NCBI RefSeq assembly: GCF_006345805.1
Contig: NC_043009.1
Span: 35,712,001-35,776,000, forward strand
Direction: 5' to 3'
DNA length: 64,000 bases
Origin: Octopus sinensis
Taxonomy: Eukaryota
Position 1 is the first letter of the stretch. Every line of letters starts with the position of its first letter. The notes beneath the pieces were generated by a model. It was not told where the DNA came from. It saw only the letters and a list, made by a program, of their open reading frames with translations, and searched no databases. A program made the translations under genes and the position numbers. Shown piece by piece: positions 52,741-64,000 of this stretch.

Positions 52741-52779
<39 letters not shown>

Positions 52780-53008
52780 TGTGTGTGTGTATGTGTATGT
52801 GTGTGTGTGTGTGTGTGTATGTGTTTGACCCCTAACATCGCTTGACAACCGATACTGGTGTGTTTACGTCCCCGTAACTTAGCGGTTCGGCAAAAGAGAC
52901 AGATACTAGGCTAACAAAGAATAAGTTCTGGGGTCGATTTGTTCGACTAAAGGCGGTGCTCCAGCATGGCCGCAGTCAATGACTAAATGAATAAAAGAAT
53001 AAAAGAAA
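52640..53008 (+). mobile_element. SINE family B, 5'-truncated, with internal (TA)n(TG)n
   Basis: ACCAAAGCCTTGTGGGTGGATTTGG...GGAAACTGAAAGAAGC, then a microsatellite, then CATCGCTTGACAACCG...GGCGGTGCTCCAGCATGGCCGCAGTC and an (AATAAAAG)n tail. Confidence 0.92.
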
Positions 53009-53589
53009 AACCATATTAAGGTATACAAATGCAGAATATGTATTTCAGCAAAAGTAATAAACTTTATTGTATTAAGTCATTTGGAATTCATATAATACAC
53101 CAATATAATATAAATATTCTAATAACAACAATCCTTGGATGGAATTTATAAACATTTATGCATCACTACGCGCGTTTCCACAAATCACATATCTCTTAAG
53201 ATCGCTGTCCATATTCCTAACACAATTACAGTGTATTTCGAAGTATCCGTGAGCATCGGGGACAGAATTTTCATGGATTCATTTCTTCAGGCGATGTAAC
53301 ATTATTGGATGTTTACTAGAGGGATGTTTATCACCTTTTGACCATTAGTAAATTTGGTTCTACGGGTATTTCTGTGTATATTTGGTGGGTTGGAGGAGAA
53401 GATGAAAAAAATAGAGGAAGGGATGCTAGTCATATGGAGAGGGATGTATGTGTGTGTGTGTGTTTGGTGATTTTGGAATTAGTTTGCTGTTCAGTTTGCA
53501 GATGGCAAGGATGAGTCGTACATTCCTTTGTTCGATCTCATTTAAGGCATAGCTATCTTCCATGATTTCTGAAGTAAACAGAAAATATT

Positions 53590-53785
53590 CTTTTATTATT
53601 CTTTTAGTCTTCTACTTGCTTCAGGCCATTTCACTGCGGCCATGCTGGAGTACCGCCTTGAAGGAGTTTAGTCGAACAAATCTCCCCCGGCAATTACTTG
53701 TAAAGACCAATACTTATTCTATTGATATGTATTGCCGAACCGCTAAGTTACAGGGATATAAAGACACCACAAACGGTTGTCAACA
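53590..53785 (-). mobile_element. SINE family B 3' half
   Basis: CTGCGGCCATGCTGGAGTACCGCCTT...GCCGAACCGCTAAGTTAC. Confidence 0.85.
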
Positions 53786-53939
53786 GGTGTTTTCTGCAAT
53801 GTATGGGTAATTTATCCTGTTCACGCTATTTTATTAGCATTATCACGCGTTTGAGAATAAAAAAAAATTATGTATCTTTCGATACATCTCAACTCTTCTA
53901 AAACAAACTTCGTTTGGTTACTTTCATCGTAAGGTGAAG

Positions 53940-54481
53940 TTAACGCTTTGCAACGTTTGTTTTTGAAAGTGGTGGTTTTATGATTGCACTCCTCCCGTAA
54001 AATCCGGTTTTGTGCAGCTACCGGTGAACAGTTTTTGTGGAAACTGGGTTCTCGACGTGAGCGTTAAATTTTGCAGTAATTTGGGGGGCTGTACATTTGT
54101 AAGAATCCGACGGTCCCTATATGAAAATCTTGGTTTTCTTCCGGAGTTTTGTTTCAACGAGGAGGTTTTTCCTCTTTCTCAAAGGCTGTCATTACTTTCG
54201 AGACAGTACTTCTTGATAGACCAAACATTTCGACTGTTTTTCGTTACGCTAGCGCCTGCCATACGAGCATCAACAATTTGACCTCTTTGAAAGTCCAAGA
54301 GATCTATCTTTTTAATGAATTTTAATTACCTTTTCCTAATGATACTTGAAAAGAAACAGCAATTTTAGCAAAACATATTAAGCAACTCTAAAAAAACATT
54401 AAAATAAAAAAGCTTTTGACAGCTTTATAGATATTTCAAAATTATGATGCTATGATGCTAGGTTTTTCCATTATTTTGTCT
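53940..54481 (-). mobile_element. Tc1-family 5' fragment (same family as 28080-28817)
   Basis: Shares AACGCTTTGCAACGTTTGTTTTTGAAAGT and the terminal TCAAAATTATGATGCTATGATGCTAGGT...CATTATTTTGTC. Confidence 0.88.
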
Positions 54482-54490
54482 GTATATGTA

Positions 54491-55350
54491 CAGGGTGCGA
54501 TGGGTGAATTGTCGCCTTGTTTTATTTTTAATTTCTCGCAAGCGCATTATTTGTTTTTATTTTGTCAACTGCACAGCATAGTAGGGTCAGTTGGGCACTG
54601 TCTGTGATAAAAAAGCACTATGACGTAATTCACTCTGCCAGAAATTTGAAAACGACATGCTCTATTGCTTGGTATTCGCGCCGGAAACTCCAGTACGAAC
54701 ACTTCAGAGTGTTTGAGTCTCAATCTGGGGATAGTGCATGTACCGGGTGTTGTAAAAATCAAAAATCTAGTAAACATCAAGGTGTTTGGAGTTACCACAA
54801 GTGATGGCGACGTTATGCCTCCATTCATCTTTTCACACTGCCTCAGACTCAACACAAAGGTCTACATCAAATGCCGGGTGGAGGTAGTGCTGCCCTGGGT
54901 CAAGAGGATCGCTGCTGGAACACCCTATGCTGGCAACAGGATTCTGCACAATGTCACACACGCAAGAAAACCCAGTCATGGCTGTCAGACGATTTCTGTC
55001 AGACCACCCCTAACCTCTGGCCACCTAACTCTCCAGACAACAGCCCTTTTTGACTATTATGTGTAAGGCGCATTTGAGTGAGAGACCAACAAAACTCCTT
55101 GTAACACCAAAGATGAACTGAATGCAAGGATTATGGCAGCATTCACCAACTTAAATAAGGAGTACGTCCAGAAGAGTTGCAGGAGTTTCCGACGTCGACT
55201 GGCGGTCATCGTTGAAGTCAATGGCGATTTTATTGAATACATTTACCCTTTAGTATTTCAAGATATTTTTATGTAAGTTTGATAAGTGTATCTGTTAAAA
55301 TGAGATGACATTGTTATTTTCGTTTTTGCGTAATTTAGACGACAATATAT
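54491..55350 (+). mobile_element. maT/DD37D-like (Tc1/mariner superfamily) element, internally deleted
   Basis: VFGVTTSDGDVMPPFIF...WQQDSAQCHT...NLWPPNSPD..FDYYV...KDELNARIMAAF...NGDFIE. It starts TA|CAGGGTG and has a degenerate right TIR near 55335-55360. Confidence 0.85.
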
Positions 55351-55373
55351 TCACTGCAGCCTCTCCCTCTCCT

Positions 55374-55454
<81 letters not shown>

Positions 55455-56092
55455 TATATTTATATTGTGTGTGTGTATATATATACATATATATATATAT
55501 ATGAATATCTGCATGTATATATATATATATATATAAATGTATGTGTGGTGTGTGTGTGTGTGTGTGTGTATGAATATATATGTGTGTGTGTGTGCACATA
55601 TGTTTAAATCTGTGCATATATACACAGATATACACGTATGCAAGCGTATGTATATTAATGTACGTATAGTTACAATGCATTTATATACGTGTGTTAGAGT
55701 ACAACAAAGAGTTAAGTGTGCCAAGCAAAAATCTTTATACTTTCAAGAGTCAACTAACATCGTTGAACGTAAAACAGAGTGGTTGTAAAAACTAATTAAA
55801 TATGTAACCGAGGAAAGTGTTCTTCATCTAATCAATAGAATGAATTTGCGAGATGGAGACATTTTGGTTACAAAGAGTATACTATGATATAGAGAATAAC
55901 TATTATAATTTACCTTTGTCTTTAATGACGGTCATTAATGAAGGAGTGATTTCTCATTGTTTTCTGTATAATTCCTATCAACTCTATTAATGTCATGCAA
56001 TGTCAGCATGTGGAAATACCTACTTACATACACACAGACACGCACACTCATAACTTCCAATAATGTCAGATAAATCGCAAGCAATTCATATT

Positions 56093-56142
<50 letters not shown>

Positions 56143-56307
56143 TGGGTGTGTGCTTAAATATGCGCATATATACGCACACATATACACGTATCCAAACATA
56201 TGTGTATATACATATTTGTATACATACATAAACACATACATGCATACATACATACTCACACACACATATGTATTTATATATATGTGCACATTTATTATGT
56301 ATATATA

Positions 56308-56350
<43 letters not shown>

Positions 56351-56878
56351 ATTCTATATATATATGAACTTCTTGTCATTTACCTGACATTATTGAAAGT
56401 AATATATGTTTATGTGTGTGTATATGCATATGTAAACACACACATACACATGCATATATACATACACATGTATATATGTACATGTGTATTTATATACATA
56501 TATACACATGTATATATTACGTAAATATATATATGTGTGTGTGTGTGCCTGTGTGTGTGTGTACGTGTGTATGTGTATGCGTGTGCTAAACGTGCGCATT
56601 TACGTATATAAAATAGCCGGGTAAGCCAATTAATTGAATAAGTGAAAAGAAAGTAGCCCGAGCCATTACTCTATTATTGGAACGAATCAGTTGGCAATGA
56701 AATACCCATTTACATTCTGCATCCATTTGTTCTAACCAAATAAAAGTGCTGGTAACTAAATTCCGACTAATGCAATAAATAAATCAACAAAAAATATATG
56801 CATACGTCAATGAAACTCTCGCTGTTTGTATTGCTTTTCTTCTTACCTTTGACTCGCCTTAAAATTTATGCTCTACTA

Positions 56879-58066
56879 TTGGGTTGGCAACTAAGTTACC
56901 GTCGTGTTTTTAAATTTAAATTTATTAAAAGGTTTAAAAAATAACAACTAATAAATCAATAACGTATTCACCCTTGTCGTTTACAACTTCTTCCCAACGT
57001 TCAACAAGATTTTCAATACCTCGTTGGTAGAAATTACCCGATTTCGACACGAAAAATTGATCCCGCAACTTCGTGCATAGCATTTCAAAGAGATCGAAAG
57101 AGGTGGAAATCCGTTGGTGCCAAATCAGGAGAGCACGGCGAGTGTGGTAGCACTTCCCAGCCATGCGTTTGAATGGCTTCCGTAGTCATATTGACGATAT
57201 GAGGGCAGGCGTTGTCGTGCAGCTGAAGAACTCCATGCTCCCAATTAGGTCTTTTCACTTGAATAGCTTTGGTGATTCGTTCCCTCTGTTCAACATTTCC
57301 TTTCAAGCAATTCGTAACGGATAATCCCTTCCCAGTCCCACCATACGCACAACATCGTTTTAGGCGGATGAAGATCTTGATTCACATGCGGTGTCGCTTG
57401 TTTACTGGGGCTAAGCCATTCCTTAGGCTGCTTCATATTGATGTACAGGTACCATTTTTCGTCGCCAGTATTGACTCGGTGAAGAAATCGTCGCTTGTGT
57501 CCATGAGTTGAGCAGTGACGAGCAAGCAAACCAGCGGAGATTGTGGCTCGTTGATTTTTGTTGTTGTCACCTAAAGCATGCGGAACCTATGCTCCATACT
57601 TCTAAAACTTTCCCATCGAGTAAAGATGCTTCTCTGTAGCAGTGTGGGAGTATTCCATTTTCTCTGTCAGTTACCTTGTCGTTTGACGAGAATTTTCGTG
57701 CAAAAGTTGGTTTAATTGTTCTTCATCGAACTCAACTGGGTTGCCTGAACGAGGTGCGTTTTTGAGGTCGACATTTCCATTTTTGATCTTGGCATGCCAA
57801 TCACGAGTGGTTTTTTCAGCTATGGCACCCTCTCCATACACAGCACAATTATCGCGAGCAGATCTTGCAGTCTTAGAACTTTGATTAAAAGCAAAAAGAA
57901 TGTGTCGAAAATGGCCGTTTTTCTTAACTTGACATTTCAAACAAAAATTAACTAAAATTAACTAGAAAAAAAAAACAGATTCCAAAATGATTCAAAAATA
58001 GAATTCTCGAAAAAAAATAAAATTCCAAAATTTAAAAAAACCGCGGTAAGTTAGTTGCCAACCCAG
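56879..58066 (-). mobile_element. Near full-length mariner element (mellifera-subfamily-like), transposase frameshifted
   Basis: TIRs TTGGGTTGGCAACTAAGTTACCG / CGGTAAGTTAGTTGCCAACCCAG with TA on both sides. ORF pieces HFRHIL...PRSGNP, TGDEKW, HDNA and SPDLAPTDFHLF (DD34D). Confidence 0.96.
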
Positions 58067-58699
58067 TAGATGAAGTCTATATTAAATTTATCAATGTTGT
58101 TATTATAATGAAATGCTGAATACATAGAATATGTATAAAGTACAGAATTTATAAATAAAATATCATACTTATAATAATCCAAACATTAATGATTACTCAA
58201 TGGAAATTACAGTCCTAATCAGAAGAAATGCTTGTGTTAATGACAATTCTTATCAAGAAGAGGCAGGAGACATAATTCCACGATTTAAATTGTTGTATGT
58301 AGTATGTCTAATCATAGTGACTTGTACAGTGACTACTTCTGACGTATTTGGGGTTGTGTCAGGCCTCATCTGTGAAGCTTTGAGTATCACGTATTTCTGA
58401 TGCCTTACAATAAAGTGAGATCATAGAAACTGTGTGAAAACGACTCATTAATTAGGCTTTTTAAAATATTGACATTGAAATATTCCTTGAGAGTAATTTC
58501 TGTATGAAGATCATAGAGTTGGTTAGAAATATTGTATTTAATACAATGATCAAAAATGAAGTACTAAAGTTGGGTTATGTTCTATTTTAACTCTATATCA
58601 ACAAAGAACGAATATTTAGAAATTATAATATTTGTGAATATCAGTTGTTTTCTACAAACAATAACACTGTGTAACACTAATCAGCTTAATTAGCCACCC

Positions 58700-59562
58700 C
58701 AGCAAAGTATTGCTAAGGGGAAGTCAGAAGAAATCCTTGCATCCTTGCAGAAGGAAAGGCATGATTTAAGTCCAAGACGAATAATGCGGAGCAGATATTG
58801 AACATTAGACTGCTCAATGAAAAACATCTGCTGCACCAATCTGACCTCTATCACTTCATCGCCTTCAAAAAGGCCTTTGACCGTGTTTGGCAGGACGGGT
58901 TGTGGCAGGTGATAAAGAATTATAACTTCGACCAACCACATCGAAGTAATCGAAGAACTGTGTAAAATTGCAAATAGTTCAGTTCTTCTGAACAATAACA
59001 TCAACATCGGAATTCTTCAGAACAACACTGGGTATTCGACAAAGCTGTCTCATCTCCAATGGTTTTCCCGGAGATCATGCTGGAGCCATTTTAAGGCCTC
59101 TACCACTCTTTTACCACTGGTGTTTAGCCCACTTTCAATGCCTGCTTTACTGATGATATTGACCTGTTGGGAAGCAGTGAAGCAAAACTACAGGAGCTAA
59201 TCACCACACTGGAAAAAATATAAGGAGCCTATGGGATGGAGATCAGCCCAGAAAAGAGCAAGATCCTGGTTAATAGTAACAACCAAAGCACAGTAACCAA
59301 CATCATACTAAACAGAGAGACTTGACGAAGTGAACAACTGCAAGTAACTAGGATCCACTTCGACCAAGGACAGCAGATCTCAAAAGGAGATTAAAACAAA
59401 GCTCAGCTTACTGTCATGACGAAGCTGAACACCGTATGGAAAAGCAATTTAATTTGTTTTCCAACAAGACTCAGAGTGTACAAGTCCCTGGTAACTTCGA
59501 CCCTTTTATAAGGGTGTGTTAGCAGAACTATTACAGCTGACATGGAACGAAGAATGCAGAGG
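58700..59562 (+). pseudogene. RTE-like non-LTR retrotransposon reverse transcriptase fragment
   Basis: FIAFKKAFDRVWQDGLWQV, FTDDIDLLG, YGMEISPEKSKIL and MTKLNTVWKS...RLRVYKSLV, with stops and frameshifts. Confidence 0.88.
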
Positions 59563-59570
59563 TGGTGTAG

Positions 59571-59705
59571 GAAGAAGAAGAAGAAGAAGAAGAAGAAGAA
59601 GAAGAAGAAGAAGAAGAAGAAGAAGAAGAAGAAGAAGAAGAAGAAGAAGAAGAAGAAGAAGAAGAAGAAGAAGAAGAAGAAGAAGAAGAAGAAGAAGGAG
59701 GAGGA
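59571..59705. repeat. (GAA)n array (~42 units) ending in (GGA)n
   Basis: Direct reading. Confidence 0.99.
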
Positions 59706-60829
59706 GGGGGCTCAATTCTTCCTTTTCTCTCCATAGTACCAGTTGCAGGTAAAATTCAGATGGCAAAATTCAAATTTGGAATAACGTTGAGTTCGGCTTC
59801 GCCTTTCTTCCTGTCTCCTCCATAAAATATATCAAACAGTCAACATATAAAGCTGCAATTGGTTCTTACTTTGTGACATGTCTGAGATTCCTTTGAGTGA
59901 AGGATATGAGGGTGGAGTGTCCTTTTAATTTAATTTGTGCAATACGTTGCATCTATAAAAGGGAAGGAAGAAAAATATATTGTAGATCTGAACGGTTTCT
60001 TCGTATGATAATGTACAAAATGAGTGCTAGTAAAGTTTACCAAAATACAATATCATGGTATGATATTAAGAAATTGCTTTAATCTTTGGACCAAGTTAAC
60101 GCGTCAGGCTTTTAAAAAGTTTGTTTCTAATGTAAAAGTGTGTTGAAAATGGAAGAAGGTAAAAATCTATCAGGCTAGCAAGAGTATACTGGAAAACATC
60201 ATTTCTATTGCCGAGTAGATATTTAATGAACCAAGTATCAGCGGTGGTTAAATTTTCTATGTAAAAGGAAGGCGCAAATCTATAAGAATCGCAAATGTAA
60301 TCTAGTTATAAGGAAATGCTCTCAGTAAAGTAGGGGAGATTTGAAGAGATCGTCACGTGGATATTAAATATAAGGTAAAGAAGCAAGTGTCTCTTGATAG
60401 AAATCACAATGAATGTGGGTCTCTATAATATAATAATATTATAGAGACTTTTATATTGAGATGTATTGAGAAAGACAAATATATTAATATATAGAAGAGA
60501 CTAATGTATTAACTGGTAATTCACGAAACAAGTACTTACAGGACATTAAGGTTTATTGGAGTATACAGTATAGAAAGGTAAGTGTAACAGGAATGAAGAT
60601 GAGATATTAAAGCCAAATGAATTAAAGATAAAATTTGAAGAAAAAGTAAATATTGCAATGTATGTGAATGGAATATGCAGTTGAAAAAGAAGCTAAAAGC
60701 ATGAAAATATAATTATATAAGAAGCTAACAATTACATGAGATAAATATAGATTCATGCCTAATTAAATATACAAATATAATGCTTTATGTAAAGCATATA
60801 TGTTTGTTGATATAAACACATTTGTATAG

Positions 60830-60905
60830 GTATCGGTTTCAAATTTTGGCACTGGGCCAGCAATTTCGGGTAAGGAGTTAAGTCGATTACATCGACCCCA
60901 AAGCA
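60830..60905 (-). mobile_element. SINE family A 3' fragment
   Basis: AAATTTTGGCAC...AAGTCGATTACATCGACCCC. Confidence 0.65.
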
Positions 60906-61513
60906 CCAAATCAAACTCAAATGCAATTGATACTTCTTTAATAAATATCCTGAAGAGTGGAACATGAAACTATTCCAGAGGAAGGCACAATGGCATGGGA
61001 GATTTAAGTATCACTTATTTTAATGTAGTAATTGTCGTCATTGTTAGTGGAGTGCTGCTGATGATGCTGCAGTTGTAGTTGTTGTTAAAGGTGGTGGTGG
61101 TGGTGGTAGTTGTCATCGTGTTTAAATTGATGGAATGTTTTAGTTGTGACCATTCGTCATTGTTCGTATATCCAGGACAACGTTGCCCAATATGTCCTTT
61201 CTTTATTTAAGGTAGCAGAGGATATATTATATAATCTGAGAGTCGATTGATCATTCTAGCAAGTTCCCTTGCCGGCTTCTCACGACCTAATATCGTGTCA
61301 ACATTGTTGGTGGGGAACATATGCGAATTTCTACTCGGAAGTAAACTCGTAAATTGCGGGAGTTTTTATGTCTACTGACCACTAATACCTATCAAACCAT
61401 CTGCTACCTAAAATAATATAACTTCTTTTCCACGGCGAGAGTCACCGTCTTAACGGGAACTAAGCCACGCCACTTGAAAGGCGCTCCATCCACTGCTGAA
61501 GCTTAATTTACAT

Positions 61514-61561
<48 letters not shown>

Positions 61562-62422
61562 TATACAACTTATAAACAAGGGCAAAAGAAAAATTATTTC
61601 TATGCCAATATGCTGATAAACAGACTTTAAGTCGTCAATATATATCTATCTATATATATATATATATGTATGTATGTATGTATGTAAGTATATATATGTA
61701 TATGTATATATGGATGTATGTATATATATATGTATATATAGGAATATATATATAGATATATTCATGCATGTGTGTGTGTGAGTGTGAATGTAGAATATTT
61801 GGAATACGCCTCTCGGTTTTACTTGAGTCTCGTTGAATAAAATATTCTGGGATTCATTCGATAAAATTTATTCATTCGAAAGCTTTAGACTTTGTCCTTC
61901 ATCAAATTCCACACAAATCAGCGATGTCACAGACATCTTTTGACTGTCGTTGATTCCTAACGATGTAAAAGATAAATAAAGAAACACTGATCCGCGTGTA
62001 ACAGAATTCATAAAACACGTTCATAATTGCCAATCATCTCCTTTAAAGTCAGCCATATTCGTCAGAGTTTCAATTAGCAACATTACAACTTCGTCTAAAA
62101 TATTCCTCTTTTAATCAACTGTGTATGGAAACGAAAGATTGTAGGATAATTCATTACTTAAATCTAACACTTATTCTGAAAGCCGTACTTATGCCTACGT
62201 TCAATTAAATGAATCGGACCAATGTGAAGTATAAATTTACTATAAATCATGAGAGCAAATGTTAAGTAATGCAGATATTAGTTCGAGCGACGCCAATCAG
62301 TCTTTCTAGATTCATTTTATTGATTTCTAACAAAAATTCCATTAGAAGTATGATGTGATTGTAGCACATACAAGCTCGAGCGCGCACACTCATACATATG
62401 TTCATTTACATATATATGTATG

Positions 62423-62466
<44 letters not shown>

Positions 62467-62502
62467 TACATACATACGTACGTACATACATACATACATA
62501 CA

Positions 62503-62534
<32 letters not shown>

Positions 62535-62789
62535 CTCTCTTTACTCTTTACTCTTTTATTTGTTTCAGTTATTTGACTGCAGACACACAAACACACACAT
62601 ACATACATATATATATGTATATATACAACGGTCTTCTTTCAGTTTCCGTCTACCAAATCCACTCACAAAACTTTGGTTGGACCGAGGCTATAGTAGAAGA
62701 CATTTGGCCAAAGTGCCACGCAGTGGAACTGAACCAGCAACCATATAGTTCATAAGCAAGCTACTTGCCACACAGCCTACTCCTACGCC
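62535..62789 (-). mobile_element. SINE family B with internal deletion
   Basis: Tail CTTTTACTCTTTTA, then CAGTTTCCGTCTACCAAATCCACTCACAA...GCCACGCAGTGGAACTGAACC, then head CACAGCCTACTCCTACGCC. Confidence 0.88.
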
Positions 62790-62808
62790 TATACATACAT
62801 ATATATAC

Positions 62809-62889
<81 letters not shown>

Positions 62890-62921
62890 TACATACATAT
62901 CTATGTATATATGTATACATA

Positions 62922-62991
<70 letters not shown>

Positions 62992-63278
62992 TATACATAC
63001 ATATCTATGTGCACATGAATGAAAACTCATACACTAACAGGGACCATAATTATCCGAAAAATACCAACCGAGAATAATAAAACATTTCATTGAGCCTTTT
63101 AGCCCCTATTCCTAGCAATGTATATGTTTCTTAATAGCCTAGTCACATTTAATAACAATTACAATTCGCCTTTTTACTGAAACATTGCAAGTTGCTGTTT
63201 ACATTAATTATATATAATACATATGTATGTATACATACACACACACACACATACATTCATACATACATACATACATAC

Positions 63279-63330
<52 letters not shown>

Positions 63331-63374
63331 ATATATATACCTTTATACACATATATGAACCCACAAGGAAAGGC

Positions 63375-63685
63375 GGGGGGCTTGGTGGTTAGGGATTAAG
63401 GTATTCCGTTCATGGTCGTAAGGTCGAACGTTCGATTCCTGGCGAGGCGTTGTATCTTTGAGCAGGTTAGTTTATTTCACGTTGCTGATGTTCGTTCAAC
63501 TAGCAAAAAAATGAATAATACCTGGATTTCAAAGGGCCAGCTTTGCCTCATTCTACTTCTCGCTGAATCTCCCTGAGAACTACGTTAAGGGTACGCTTGT
63601 TTGTGGATTCCTCACACGCTTGCACATAAGTTTCTCGAGCAGGCTGTTCCATTCATTGGATCAACAGGAACCCTTCTCAGTTAAA
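63375..63685 (+). mobile_element. SINE family C, near full length, tRNA-like head
   Basis: TGGTTAGG...GTTCGATTCCTGG (A/B-box-like). The body is shared with 19450-19645. Confidence 0.75.
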
Positions 63686-63806
63686 CACATAGAGGTAACA
63701 CACATGATCTTTCATCGACGCATGATAAATACATACCTTTACAAAAAAAATTGATGCTTTGTCCTCAATGTTTGAAAACTCTCTCTTTGTAGACCCTTGT
63801 TCCCTC

Positions 63807-63843
<37 letters not shown>

Positions 63844-64000
63844 CCATATATATACATACATACATACATACATACATACATACATACATACATACATACA
63901 TACATACATACATACATACAAAATAGATATAGTGTACATATATCTTCAGTAGAATCTTCAGTATGTATCATCATTCGGATGTTGTCAAATATGCATTAAA

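Overview
Repeat-saturated, AT-rich animal genomic DNA. The microsatellite density and the SINE families point to an octopus or other coleoid cephalopod (inference). No intact host protein-coding gene is recognisable, and nearly all listed ORFs are microsatellite translations. The window holds huge (AT)n, (GATA)n, (CA)n, (GTA/GTG)n and (GAA)n arrays, many copies of three SINE-like families, and decayed DNA transposons (a near full-length mariner, a second mariner fragment, two Tc1 pieces, a maT/DD37D piece, a TTAA MITE and two Helitron-like elements). It also holds an RTE-like LINE fragment and three decayed Penelope-like elements (PLEs). The main unannotated signal is a set of type I hammerhead-ribozyme motifs with palindromic stem III, from about six distinct families. 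They sit in PLE pseudo-LTRs and in short non-coding or fold-back elements, most of which lie in or beside (AT)n tracts. Two families have an unusually long stem II and two have non-canonical cores. Other notable items are a PLE GIY-YIG domain split by a ~0.9 kb low-complexity insert, a YY1/ETS promoter-like cluster at ~40.6 kb, possible minus-strand exons, and a 1064-bp tandem duplication that may be an assembly artefact.
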